Shown: piece after piece, positions 49,325 to 58,529 of the stretch
How the letters are laid out: each line of letters begins with the position of its first letter
Numbering within the stretch: the first letter of the stretch is position 1
NCBI GenBank assembly: GCA_049570475.1
Contig: CP186953.1
Span: 1-64,000 of the forward strand
From: Candidatus Methanosuratincola verstraetei
Lineage (GTDB): Archaea; Thermoproteota; Methanomethylicia; Methanomethylicales; Methanomethylicaceae
Direction of reading: 5' to 3'
Length of the DNA stretch: 64,000 bases
Translations under genes and position numbers: made by a program
The notes under the pieces: model-generated
The model's database searches: none
Seen by the model: the letters and a program-made list of their open reading frames with translations, nothing else
Told to the model about the DNA's origin: nothing

Positions 49325-50190
49325 TGCACTCGCCTGTGTTAATGGTGACTTTTGTCATATAATAATTTATGGTTTTTTAGCAAATATCTCAAGATATCTG
49401 ATACCAACAGTTCTTTCGCTTAGATCTAGATTCTAGCGTTCATAGTAAACAAATTTACAGAAGTGCCGACGAAGGGTTTAGGAAAATAGAAAAATAAACT
49501 AAATAATAATTTAACTAGGTATGCAATTTTAGCTTAAAACTCCTAATTAATTTGGAACAAAATTTTCGGGGCACGCCTGTAGGCCGTTTCTCAGAGGCAC
49601 TAAACTCCTGAAATAATTTTTTATTTCCCAATTTTTCCATAATAAGAAACCAAAAGGAAAAATTTCTGCAAATCCCATTGTCGCACCATTTCCCATTCTA
49701 GGTGAGATTGGGAAATGATAAGAAACGGCGACCCCAGGTCAACAAAATTCGGATTGTCTTCCCCTTCAACTTCCCAAACCGCAAGGATATTTCTTTCCGC
49801 ACAGACTTTTTCACTCGCCAGTGCCGAACCCTTCACGCCCACTGCGCTGATCGCCCCTGAGGCGCAGAAAAATATTGGCTTCCGCACAGGGCACGCGATT
49901 TGATGGTGGAGTGCAACCGTCCAGCTTTAATTAATTTCTTTGCATTATTTTCTAAAATATCCATAACTTTTATTTTTAGAAAAAATTTCAATATTTACTG
50001 ATTTAGTTAGCAACAACTTCAATAAGATAAGAAAAGGAATATAAGGTAAAATGTTATTAATTATACCTATAATTATGGTAAAAAATCAAAAAATAAAAAA
50101 TGTTATTGTTTATATAAACTTTTTCAACCATTAAAATAAAAAAAGTTATCCATCCCTATAAACAGGTAATAGGAACGCTTATAAACTTAC
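49325..50190. other. long AT-rich intergenic region with clustered short repeats
   Basis: No credible ORF; repeated TTCCCA, ATAAGAAAC, TTCCGCACAG, TAATTAATTT; inverted repeat TAATTATA-CC-TATAATTA. Confidence 0.7.
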
Positions 50191-50204
50191 GGGAAAATTT
50201 GGAG

Positions 50205-50301
50205 TGCAAAGGGGGAGCTCCTGGAAAGGGGCTGAGAGGGCGACTGGATCCGTCGCCGACCCTTTGAACCTGAACTGGGCAATTCCAGCGGAGGGATATG
50301 C
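50205..50301 (+). ncRNA. TPP riboswitch
   Basis: GGGGAGC...GCTGAGAG...GACCCTTTGAACCTGA...GGCAATTCCAGCGGAGGGA fits the consensus; TATA CTTATAAA ~50178; precedes thiW. Confidence 0.92.
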
Positions 50302-50304
50302 TGT

Positions 50305-50886
50305 TTGTATTCAAAAAGGCAAAATCTTGTGAATGAGCCTAATTACGGCAATAAGAAAATAATACATTTAAAAACTCCAACTTACCGGTTAGTCCTTTCA
50401 TCAATATTTGTCGCGCTCGGTGTTTCTTTATCGATTTTTCCAGGGGCATTCCCAGCGGGGCCAACAAAGGTCTTCCCTTTCCAACACATGATAAATGTGG
50501 TCGCGGGGATCCTGCTCGGTCCGCTGAACGCGGGCGTTGTGGCCGGGCTGATCGGCATAATAAGGATAGGCATAGGGACAGGCACTTTTTTCGCCTTGCC
50601 AGGCGGGATCCCAGGCGCATTGGTGGTCGGTTTGGTTTACAATTATTTAGTTAGGAAAGACGCGGTCGCCCTCACAGAGCCGTTGGGTACGGCGATCGGG
50701 GCTTTGCTGAGTGCGTTCCTGGTTGCGCCAGCCATTGGTGCAGCCCAGTTGCCCCCATTTCTCGGGCTGACTGCCCAGTGGCAGCTGTTCACAATCTTTT
50801 TCCTGATGAGCAGCATCCCCGGGGCACTCATGGGTTATCTTGTAGTTTTGGCCCTCAAGAGGAGGGGCGTAATTGAAGGTGATTAG
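50305..50886 (+). CDS. thiW: ECF S-component ThiW (start uncertain)
   Basis: FPFQHMINVVAGILLGP, GTGTFFALPGGIPGA, EPLGT. Confidence 0.9.
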   Translation: MYSKRQNLVNEPNYGNKKIIHLKTPTYRLVLSSIFVALGVSLSIFPGAFPAGPTKVFPFQHMINVVAGILLGPLNAGVVAGLIGIIRIGIGTGTFFALPGGIPGALVVGLVYNYLVRKDAVALTEPLGTAIGALLSAFLVAPAIGAAQLPPFLGLTAQWQLFTIFFLMSSIPGALMGYLVVLALKRRGVIEGD

Positions 50887-51436
50887 CTACGCGGCGATCA
50901 AGGGCAAGAAGACGCTGATACGCGGGGAGGTCGGGAAAGGGAAGACCGTCCTGCTCAGCCGCCTCCTGGCTGAGGCTGCCGAGTCGGAAGGGCCCGGCGC
51001 AATAACTGTGATCGAGATGGCCCCAGGAGAGAGGTCCGTGGAGGGGAGAAAGGTGGGCGGGCGGCTTGCCATCCCCGCTTCTACAAGGGTGCGGATACGG
51101 TACGCCGCTCCGGGGCATATAGTCGCGCCCCGCCTGGAGGGTGCGACCGCAGAAGAAGTTGTGCGCCTGGCCAAGCAGAACGCCTTGGCGATCGAGCCAT
51201 GTTTATCGCAGTACATTGCAATGCCTACGCCTGTGCTTTTTGCGAACGACATTACGATCTACCTCCAATGCGGAAGCGCGGAGCTGATCGGTGAAGCAGT
51301 GGCCCTGGCGGAGACCTTTGTCGGGACTGCATACTGGGGGGATTTCTTCGACGACAAGGGATCTGGAATAAACGACAAGGAAAGACGGCAGCTTGGAAAG
51401 CTGATGGATTTGTTCGATGTTGTTTTGGATCTTTGA
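50873..51436 (+). CDS. uncharacterised P-loop NTPase
   Basis: GEVGKGKT Walker A, LFAND Walker B-like; overlaps thiW stop. Confidence 0.75.
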   Translation: MKVISYAAIKGKKTLIRGEVGKGKTVLLSRLLAEAAESEGPGAITVIEMAPGERSVEGRKVGGRLAIPASTRVRIRYAAPGHIVAPRLEGATAEEVVRLAKQNALAIEPCLSQYIAMPTPVLFANDITIYLQCGSAELIGEAVALAETFVGTAYWGDFFDDKGSGINDKERRQLGKLMDLFDVVLDL

Positions 51437-51487
51437 AAAGATTTTATACCCTCCGATCCGACATATTAGGGAAACAGGGTGTAATGC

Positions 51488-52051
51488 GTGCCCAAGCAGA
51501 GGCTGGAGCTGAGGGATGTCCCGTCCTGGAGGGAAGTTGAGCTCCTCGTCAGTTCGATGATCAAGGCCTACAGGCAAGGCGAGGCGCCGCTCAGGGACCT
51601 CTGCGTCATAGGCTTGCTCGCCACGACCGGGATAAGGACCTCTGAACTCCTGCTCCTCAAGAAGTCCGACTTTGACTTCGAGACCAACATCATCACGATA
51701 ACCCAGCTGAAGAAGAAGGACGAATTCGCCAGGCAGACTATCCTCAGCCAGGACTTGAAGGCATACGTCAAAGAGTACTTCAAGCAGATAGGGGACGAGA
51801 GGGTTTTCGACCTGAGCAGGCGCCAGGTGCTCAACATAACCCACAGGTACACGCAGAGGTTTTTGGGCAGGCGCATCAGGAGCCACGCCCTGCGCCACGC
51901 CTACGCAATACGTATCCTCGAGAAGACCAGGGATATAGAGCTCTGCAGGAGGCTGATCGGTCACTCGAGGCTGGAGACCGTTAAGATCTATCTGGACTTC
52001 ACGATAGGCGACAGGATGAAAGAGGTTTCAGATGCGATAAAGATAAACTGA
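51488..52051 (+). CDS. tyrosine recombinase, catalytic domain only, intact active site
   Basis: TGIRTSE, K, HALRH, IGHS, KIY. Confidence 0.9.
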   Translation: MPKQRLELRDVPSWREVELLVSSMIKAYRQGEAPLRDLCVIGLLATTGIRTSELLLLKKSDFDFETNIITITQLKKKDEFARQTILSQDLKAYVKEYFKQIGDERVFDLSRRQVLNITHRYTQRFLGRRIRSHALRHAYAIRILEKTRDIELCRRLIGHSRLETVKIYLDFTIGDRMKEVSDAIKIN

Positions 52052-52075
52052 CTAAAGGTATGACGGTAATCAAAA

Positions 52076-52621
52076 ATGGCAAAGCTGAAACTTGATGATG
52101 TCCCAACTTGGTCGGAAGTCGGCGAGTTCCTGGACAGGATAAGGGCCCTGTACAGGAAGAAGGAGATAAGCCTCAGGGACTTCGTCCTGATGAGCCTCTA
52201 TCCGACTACAGGCATGAAGACGTCCGAGCTTCTCTCGATCAGGAAAGGGGACATTGATTTCCAGCAGGGGGTAGTCCGTGTCGGGCAGGAGGGGGATAAG
52301 CGCGAGGTTCTGATAATGCCCTCGATACTGCCCTATCTCAAGGACCATGCAAAGGACAAGAGAGCAGAGGAAAGGATCTTTGGGCTGACCCGCAGGCAAG
52401 CCCTCAACATAAACCACAAGTACACCGAGATGATCCTCGGGAGGAGGATAAGGGTCGCTAGTTGGAGGCATGCCTTCGCGATCCGGCTGCTGGAGACTGT
52501 GCGGGACCCCTCGATCTGCAGGAAGATCTTGGGACAGAGATCCTCGAAGGGGGTAAGCGCTTACCAGCAGATTTTGCAGAGGAGCCTCAAGGAGGAGCTG
52601 ATCAAGTCGATTGGCGGATGA
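52076..52621 (+). CDS. tyrosine recombinase paralog, degenerate active site
   Basis: TGMKTSE (R>K), VASWRH (H>A), LGQR (H>Q), SAY retained. Confidence 0.85.
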   Translation: MAKLKLDDVPTWSEVGEFLDRIRALYRKKEISLRDFVLMSLYPTTGMKTSELLSIRKGDIDFQQGVVRVGQEGDKREVLIMPSILPYLKDHAKDKRAEERIFGLTRRQALNINHKYTEMILGRRIRVASWRHAFAIRLLETVRDPSICRKILGQRSSKGVSAYQQILQRSLKEELIKSIGG

Positions 52622-52667
52622 TGGGGTGGTCCCTGAGCTACTCGAGTTTCCCGCGCAGCCTTGCTTG

Positions 52668-54044
52668 TCAGCTACTCCTCTTCGCCAAGTACCGCTTCAG
52701 GATCGGCTTCAGCATGAGGATCCGCCTCTTGGCAACCTGCATGATCAAGAACTTCGGCCGCAGGTAGAATTTCCTGTAAGCCATCGAGACTAGCGAGCGG
52801 ATCTCCTCAGCAGTCATCTCGAAAGTCCGCATGACCGGCTTGATCGTGGTGAATTTCGACCAGTCTTCAGTTTCCAGGAGATTGTTCGCTTTGGCGAAAT
52901 CGTAAACCTCCGTTCCAGGGTACGGGGTCATCGCCGTGAACTGCGCATAGTCAATCCCCGATTGGATCGCGAATTTTATGGTCTCCATCGCTTCCTCCTT
53001 GCTCTCTCCAGGGGTCCCGATTATGAACGATCCGGTCACCTCCAGACCTGCTTTCTTGGCTGAAGAGATGGCTGATCTGACCTGCCCCAGCGTTATGCCT
53101 TTCCTCATTATGCGCAGGACCCTCTCAGAGGCGGACTCGATGCCCATGTAGAACATCAGTGCCCCGGCACGCCTGAATGCCTGGAGAACCTCGCTGGAGA
53201 TCGTGTCCACCCTGGAACCGAATGCCCAGGAGATGTCAAGTTTCCGGAGCAGCCCTGCCAATCGGAAAGAACGCTTTTTGTTTATTGTGAATGTGTCGTC
53301 TACAAACTCAATGAAATTTATCCGGTACTTGTCCACCAGTTCACTGACCTCCTCGACCACGTTCTCAGGGCTCCTCGCGCGGAATGTGTTGCCATAGATC
53401 CTAGAAGAAGCGCAGAATATGCACCGGAACGGGCACCCTCTGCTCGTGATCACATTCCCTATGGGCGTCCTTTCGCCGAGCGCTGTGTACTGCTCCATCG
53501 GCAACAGATGCCTCGCAGGGAAAGGGAGGCTGTCAAGATCCTCGATCAGGCGGCGCGGCCTGGTCTTTCGGATCTTCCCCCCTTCCCTAATCGCAATCCC
53601 GTCGACTGCATCCAGCGGTCTTCCATCCTCGACAGAACGCACGAGGTCCAGCATTGTGGCTTCGCCCTCGCCGATCACCCCGACATCGATCGCAGGGCAC
53701 ATGCCCATTGTCTCCTCGGGCAGGAACGTGATGTGACAGCCTCCGAGTACTGTAACTGTGCCTGGCATCTTTTGTTTTATTTTTGTGATTAAACTCACAG
53801 CATTGCCTATGTTTGGAGTCGTTGATGTGACTCCTATCACATCTGGCTTCATCGACTGTAACTTTTTAATCACGCCTTCTTGTGATTCGCATGAGATTGG
53901 TGCATCAATCATAGTCACATCATAGCCGTCCCTTTCAAGGACCGCGCCAATGTACGCCAGCCCCAAGGGCGGTGCATTCAGGCCCAATGCAGACTGGATT
54001 TCGAAACTCTGGTGGGCAGGAGGATTGACGAGAGCAACCTTCAA
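52668..54044 (-). CDS. B12-binding radical SAM protein
   Basis: PLGLAY, GGCH, GEGE, SRGCPFRCIFC, TPYPGT. Confidence 0.93.
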   Translation of the reverse strand: MKVALVNPPAHQSFEIQSALGLNAPPLGLAYIGAVLERDGYDVTMIDAPISCESQEGVIKKLQSMKPDVIGVTSTTPNIGNAVSLITKIKQKMPGTVTVLGGCHITFLPEETMGMCPAIDVGVIGEGEATMLDLVRSVEDGRPLDAVDGIAIREGGKIRKTRPRRLIEDLDSLPFPARHLLPMEQYTALGERTPIGNVITSRGCPFRCIFCASSRIYGNTFRARSPENVVEEVSELVDKYRINFIEFVDDTFTINKKRSFRLAGLLRKLDISWAFGSRVDTISSEVLQAFRRAGALMFYMGIESASERVLRIMRKGITLGQVRSAISSAKKAGLEVTGSFIIGTPGESKEEAMETIKFAIQSGIDYAQFTAMTPYPGTEVYDFAKANNLLETEDWSKFTTIKPVMRTFEMTAEEIRSLVSMAYRKFYLRPKFLIMQVAKRRILMLKPILKRYLAKRSS

Positions 54045-54164
54045 CCAAACCCCCCTTGATCATCTAAGACAGCATAGTATTTTAATGTAGGGCAGACGGT
54101 GGTCGAGAATTTTTAGCCAAAAGGAATAAAATTGGTGCACCCGCCATAATTTCCGCTGAGCAGT

Positions 54165-55457
54165 ATGTCCATCCAAGCGTATTCAATGGGTAAAAAAGAG
54201 ATCAAGGAAGTGCAGTCCAGGAAGCTTAAAGAAGTCGTCGCCAGGGTCTACGAGAACTCGCCCTTCTATAGGCGGAGGCTGAAGGAGGCAGGGATCGACA
54301 TCACAAACTTCCGTCCTGAAGACATCAGGAAGATCCCGTTCACGACCAAGACCGATCTGCGCGACAATTATCCGCTCGGGCTCATATCAGTCGATAAGTC
54401 CAAGATCGTGAGGATGCATGCATCTTCAGGCACCACAGGGAACCCGACAGTGGTGGCATACACCAAGAGGGACATAGACGCTTGGGCTGAGCTTAACAAG
54501 AGGTGCCTCGAGGTCTGTGGGGTCACGAGCGACGACGTAGTGCAGGTGGCCTACGGGTATGGTCTCTTCACCGGCGGGCTCGGCCTCCACTACGGGGCAG
54601 AGCGTCTAGGATCCAAGGTAATACCCGCGAGCACAGGCAACACGAAGAGGCAACTCAAGTTGATGAAAGATCTGGGCACAACAGTGCTGGCGTGCACGCC
54701 GTCGTATGCACTCTTCCTTTCGGAGAGCGCAAAGGAGGAAGGGATTGACCCGAAGAAAGACCTTAAGCTGAGGGTTGGAGTATTGGGGGCAGAGCCCTGG
54801 TCGGAGAGCACGCGGAAAGTCCTGGAGGAGGAATTCGTCCAGTCTGCGCATGACATTTATGGGATGTCGGAGCTCAATGGTCCAGGCGTTGCAATAGAGT
54901 GCAGGAAGAAGAACGGCTTGCACGTCTGGGAAGACCACTACTTCGTGGAGATAATCGATCCCAACACAGGTGAAGTTCTCGAGCCCGGGGAGAAAGGGGA
55001 GATGGTAGTCACGACGCTGGAGAAGGAGGGGATGCCGCTCCTCAGGTACCGGACGCGCGACATAACAATACTGGACGACGAGGTCTGCGAGTGCGGCATG
55101 GCTCATGCAAGGATAAAGAAGATCCTTGGCAGGACCGACGATATGCTGAAGATCAGGGGGATTTGCGTCTTCCCGAGCCAGATCGAAGAGGTCATATCGG
55201 GCTTCGAGGGGCTAACGCCATTCTACCAGCTCGTAGTCGACAGAGATGGCCCGCTGGACCGCCTGCTTGTGAAGGTGGAAGTGTCCGAGAACTTCAAGAG
55301 CGACAGGCTGACAGAAATAGTCGACCTCCAGAAGCGCCTCGAGGAAGAGCTAAGGGATGTGCTGAGCATAAGCGCAGCGGTCGAGCTCACAGAGCCGAGG
55401 ACGCTGCCAAGGAGCGAAGGAAAAGCTCAAAGGATAATAGACCTAAGGAAGATTTAG
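54165..55457 (+). CDS. paaK: phenylacetate-CoA ligase family
   Basis: HASSGTTGNP, YGLFTGGLG, YGMSE, RYRTRD, GRTDDM. Confidence 0.9.
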   Translation: MSIQAYSMGKKEIKEVQSRKLKEVVARVYENSPFYRRRLKEAGIDITNFRPEDIRKIPFTTKTDLRDNYPLGLISVDKSKIVRMHASSGTTGNPTVVAYTKRDIDAWAELNKRCLEVCGVTSDDVVQVAYGYGLFTGGLGLHYGAERLGSKVIPASTGNTKRQLKLMKDLGTTVLACTPSYALFLSESAKEEGIDPKKDLKLRVGVLGAEPWSESTRKVLEEEFVQSAHDIYGMSELNGPGVAIECRKKNGLHVWEDHYFVEIIDPNTGEVLEPGEKGEMVVTTLEKEGMPLLRYRTRDITILDDEVCECGMAHARIKKILGRTDDMLKIRGICVFPSQIEEVISGFEGLTPFYQLVVDRDGPLDRLLVKVEVSENFKSDRLTEIVDLQKRLEEELRDVLSISAAVELTEPRTLPRSEGKAQRIIDLRKI

Positions 55458-55468
55458 GGGGATTTTTG

Positions 55469-55846
55469 ATGGTCAAGCAGTTCAGCATATTCCTCGAGAA
55501 CAAGCCAGGAAGGCTCTCGAATTTGATCGATTTATTTGAAAGGAACCAGATAAGGGTCCTCGCAATGGGCATAGCCGAGGCGGGGAACTATGGCATCGTG
55601 AGGTGCATACTGGATGCCCCGGAGAAGGCTGTAGAAGCGCTTAGAAACGCCAACACTGCAGTGAACCTGGTCGAAGTGCTAATAATAGACATGGAAGATC
55701 TCCACAACGCGGTCAAGGTCCTCGGCGAGAAAGGCATCAATGTCGACTATGCGTACACAATGGACTTGGGCAGGATAGTTATAAAGGTCGACGACGAGTC
55801 GAAAGCCAAGAATGCGCTATCCGAGGCGGGGATCAAGACTTACTGA
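55469..55846 (+). CDS. ACT domain protein
   Basis: QFSIFLENKPGRL, INVDYAY; start refined to ATG 55469. Confidence 0.9.
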   Translation: MVKQFSIFLENKPGRLSNLIDLFERNQIRVLAMGIAEAGNYGIVRCILDAPEKAVEALRNANTAVNLVEVLIIDMEDLHNAVKVLGEKGINVDYAYTMDLGRIVIKVDDESKAKNALSEAGIKTY

Positions 55847-56201
55847 GATCGATCTCCCTTCCTCCGCCCCTTTCATAAGTAACGCACTGCGAAGGGAACC
55901 TCTCCAGGAGCGTCTTTGAGACCAAACCTGCCTCAGTCCATCCGCACATCGCCACGCCACAGGGCACAATGCAGTTCGGGTGCACGTTGTTCTCGGTGGC
56001 CTTGACGTAAATGGGGTTCTCGCAGATCCTCCTCGTGATCTCCCTTACCTTCAGCGGTGACGAGGACAAAGCCTTGCCAAAGTCATTCACGAGAGGGCAG
56101 GACGACTCGACAACAAACGAGATTGATCCAGCCTCGAATGTGGCAACCACCCTGCTTTTGTGGTTGCACACGTTTGAGTCCAGAACGAACGAAGTAGCCA
56201 T
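55833..56201 (-). CDS. Cys/His-rich DUF6951-like protein
   Basis: VCNH, ESSCP, HPNCIVPC, EAGL pattern. Confidence 0.6.
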   Translation of the reverse strand: MATSFVLDSNVCNHKSRVVATFEAGSISFVVESSCPLVNDFGKALSSSPLKVREITRRICENPIYVKATENNVHPNCIVPCGVAMCGWTEAGLVSKTLLERFPSQCVTYERGGGREIDLSKS

Positions 56202-56466
56202 TAGGATCAGATTAGATTGAACTGATGCATGTTATAATATTTCCTTTTTTTGGCGGGGCAAAATGAGATCATCAAATTGTGCAATTTTTTAAATTTCCCC
56301 TCTAGCTTCTCTATATAAAAGTAAACTGGTAAACAATATTCGTTTGGGGCGCAAGCAAGAACTGTCATTACATGCATGCAAAAATTGATGGAAGATCGGT
56401 GCAGCAGATTTTGGTAAACCTTTTAAGCTCAGACCCATGTTAATGAGAAATCCAGAGATGGTAAAA

Positions 56467-56610
56467 ATGGCAAAGTGTTCAAAGTGTGGAACTGAGGTCG
56501 CAAAACCAGAAAAAACTTGGACGCTAGCACCCAAGGGCAAGAAGGCAGTAACTGTCGGGCTTTACAAGTGCCCAAGCTGCGGGGCTTTCTTTAGGGCCTC
56601 ATCAAAGTAA
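56467..56610 (+). CDS. creN7: chromatin protein Cren7, zinc-ribbon variant
   Basis: [47 protein letters not shown] matches the Cren7 PEKxWxLAPKG...GL(F/Y)KxP..G..FR core; TATA upstream, T-tract downstream; absent from the ORF track. Confidence 0.88.
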   Translation: MAKCSKCGTEVAKPEKTWTLAPKGKKAVTVGLYKCPSCGAFFRASSK

Positions 56611-56630
56611 TTTTCTATTTTATTTCTTTT

Positions 56631-57827
56631 TTATTTTATTTTTATATCATTTCCTTCCACTGGTCTGCTTTCTTTCTTGCTTTTCAGGCCTTCAGCGAAC
56701 CTGACCACCCTCTCGAGACCCTCCTCCAACAATTCCCGTTGGACTGCATAGCAGAGCCTGAAGTGGTTCCTGTCGTCTCCAAAATACTCGCCAGGAATCA
56801 CGGCCACCCCCTCGCGTTCCAAGAGTACCTCGCAAAATTCCAAGCTAGAGCAGAAGGCAGGGTCTATCTTCGGATAGGCATAAAATCCGCCCTCAGGCTC
56901 GGGGCATGCTATCGCGCCGGTGGAGTTCAACCTGTCCAAAACAATTTCCAGGTTGCGCCTGCAGTCCGCAAGGTTTCTCTCAAGGTATTTCCGGTAGACT
57001 TCAAGCGCCCGCAGGCAGCCGTATTGGGCGAATGTCGATGGGGAGCTCACTGCGTGCTCTTGGACCATGTGCAGGCGATCTACCAGTTTTTTTGGCCCTG
57101 CTGCGAAACCCACTCTCCAACCGGTCATGCAGAAGACCTTGGAGAAGCCGTCAGTCACTACCACCCGATCCCTTAGGCCTTCTATTGAAGCGGGAGATAC
57201 GAAGCGCCTGCCGCCGTAGACATAAGCCCAATCTATCTCGTCGGAAAGGACGAGCAAGTCATGGTCCTCTGCCAAATCTCTGACCAGCCTCAGGTCTGAC
57301 TCGTCAAGAATGCCCCCGGTGGGGTTGTTCGGCGAGTTCAGGACGATGGCGCGCGTCCTCCCATCGACCGCGGACTTGAGCGCCTCCTCGTCGAGATGGA
57401 ATGGAGCTTCTGCCCACACCTCAACTGTCCTTATCCCAAGCATCTCAGGCACTGCCTTGAAGCTGGTCCAGAAAGGCTTTATGAGCACGACAGAGTCTCC
57501 CGGGCAAAGTAGCGAGGCGAAGAAGGCGTAGTTCGCGAACTTTCCCCCTGTCGTGACAAGGATCTCGTCCATGGAATATTCGATCTGCCGGGTCGATTTG
57601 AGGAAGGCTGCCAATGCCTCCCTGAGCTCTGGAATGCCCCAGCTCGGGCTGTACCTGAACTTCCCATTCGACAATGCCTGCCTTGTAGCCTCCACAGCCT
57701 CCTCTGGGGGCGGGAAATCAGGCTCTGCCACATCAAACCTTATGACTCCAACTGGGGGGGCGCAGCCCTTTTCCAGGAACGAGATCGGCGACGGGCAGAT
57801 TTTACCAAACCTTTCTTTGGGCATCAC
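56631..57827 (-). CDS. class I/II PLP aminotransferase
   Basis: NSPNNPTG, SDEI, GFSKVFCMTGWRVG. Confidence 0.93.
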   Translation of the reverse strand: MMPKERFGKICPSPISFLEKGCAPPVGVIRFDVAEPDFPPPEEAVEATRQALSNGKFRYSPSWGIPELREALAAFLKSTRQIEYSMDEILVTTGGKFANYAFFASLLCPGDSVVLIKPFWTSFKAVPEMLGIRTVEVWAEAPFHLDEEALKSAVDGRTRAIVLNSPNNPTGGILDESDLRLVRDLAEDHDLLVLSDEIDWAYVYGGRRFVSPASIEGLRDRVVVTDGFSKVFCMTGWRVGFAAGPKKLVDRLHMVQEHAVSSPSTFAQYGCLRALEVYRKYLERNLADCRRNLEIVLDRLNSTGAIACPEPEGGFYAYPKIDPAFCSSLEFCEVLLEREGVAVIPGEYFGDDRNHFRLCYAVQRELLEEGLERVVRFAEGLKSKKESRPVEGNDIKIK

Positions 57828-57883
57828 TATCTTCTTCAGCTAATACTGATATATAACTTCGGCAGAGATGAAAGTGACTGTGC

Positions 57884-58480
57884 ATGGCCGACACTTTGTG
57901 GGTGTACCTCCAGGGTTTTCTGACGCTGTTCATCATATTTGACCCCATAGGCAATGTCCCGCTCTTCCATGCCTTCACGAGCTCTTTTGAGGCGCAGAAG
58001 AAGATCAAAATACTGAACGACTCGGTGAAGGTTGCATTCATAATTTTAGCCGTTTTCGCGGTTATAGGGACCTACATACTCGATTTTTTCAACATATCGA
58101 TGAACGACTTCAAGATAGCTGGCGGGGTGCTCCTGTTCATAATGTCCATCGAGGGCCTCTTGGGCAAGGAGGAGGGGCGCTGGATGAACAGGGAAGATGT
58201 AGCAATAGTCCCCCTCGCTACCCCGCTCATGGCAGGCCCGGGCAGCATCTACACGGTCATGTATTTGATGCAGCCTCCAAACGGTCCTTTGGTGGCATTT
58301 TTCGCAATAATAACGAATGTCATCCTGCAGTGGGCGCTCCTGAGATCCTCTAACAAGCTCATGAAGGTGCTTGGAAGGGCGGGATCAACGATTATATCAA
58401 GGGTAATGGCATTCATACTATCTGCAATCGCGATAGGCATGATAAGGAGCGGGCTGGTTGGAGCATATATTGGAGGGTAG
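57884..58480 (+). CDS. MarC family membrane protein
   Basis: DPIGNVP, VPLATPLMAGPG. Confidence 0.92.
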   Translation: MADTLWVYLQGFLTLFIIFDPIGNVPLFHAFTSSFEAQKKIKILNDSVKVAFIILAVFAVIGTYILDFFNISMNDFKIAGGVLLFIMSIEGLLGKEEGRWMNREDVAIVPLATPLMAGPGSIYTVMYLMQPPNGPLVAFFAIITNVILQWALLRSSNKLMKVLGRAGSTIISRVMAFILSAIAIGMIRSGLVGAYIGG

Positions 58481-58529
58481 AGTCCGCGGCTGCACGGCTA
58501 ACAGTCTATGTCTTAATGGAGGTCTGAAT

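Noticed and set aside
49349-49378. dif-like site CATAT-AATAAT-TTATG
   Set aside because: Arms match poorly and it coincides with the TATA box of the minus-strand gene
49621-49903. ORFs 49621-49887 and 49715-49903 in the AT-rich region
   Set aside because: No SD, atypical composition, no recognisable motifs
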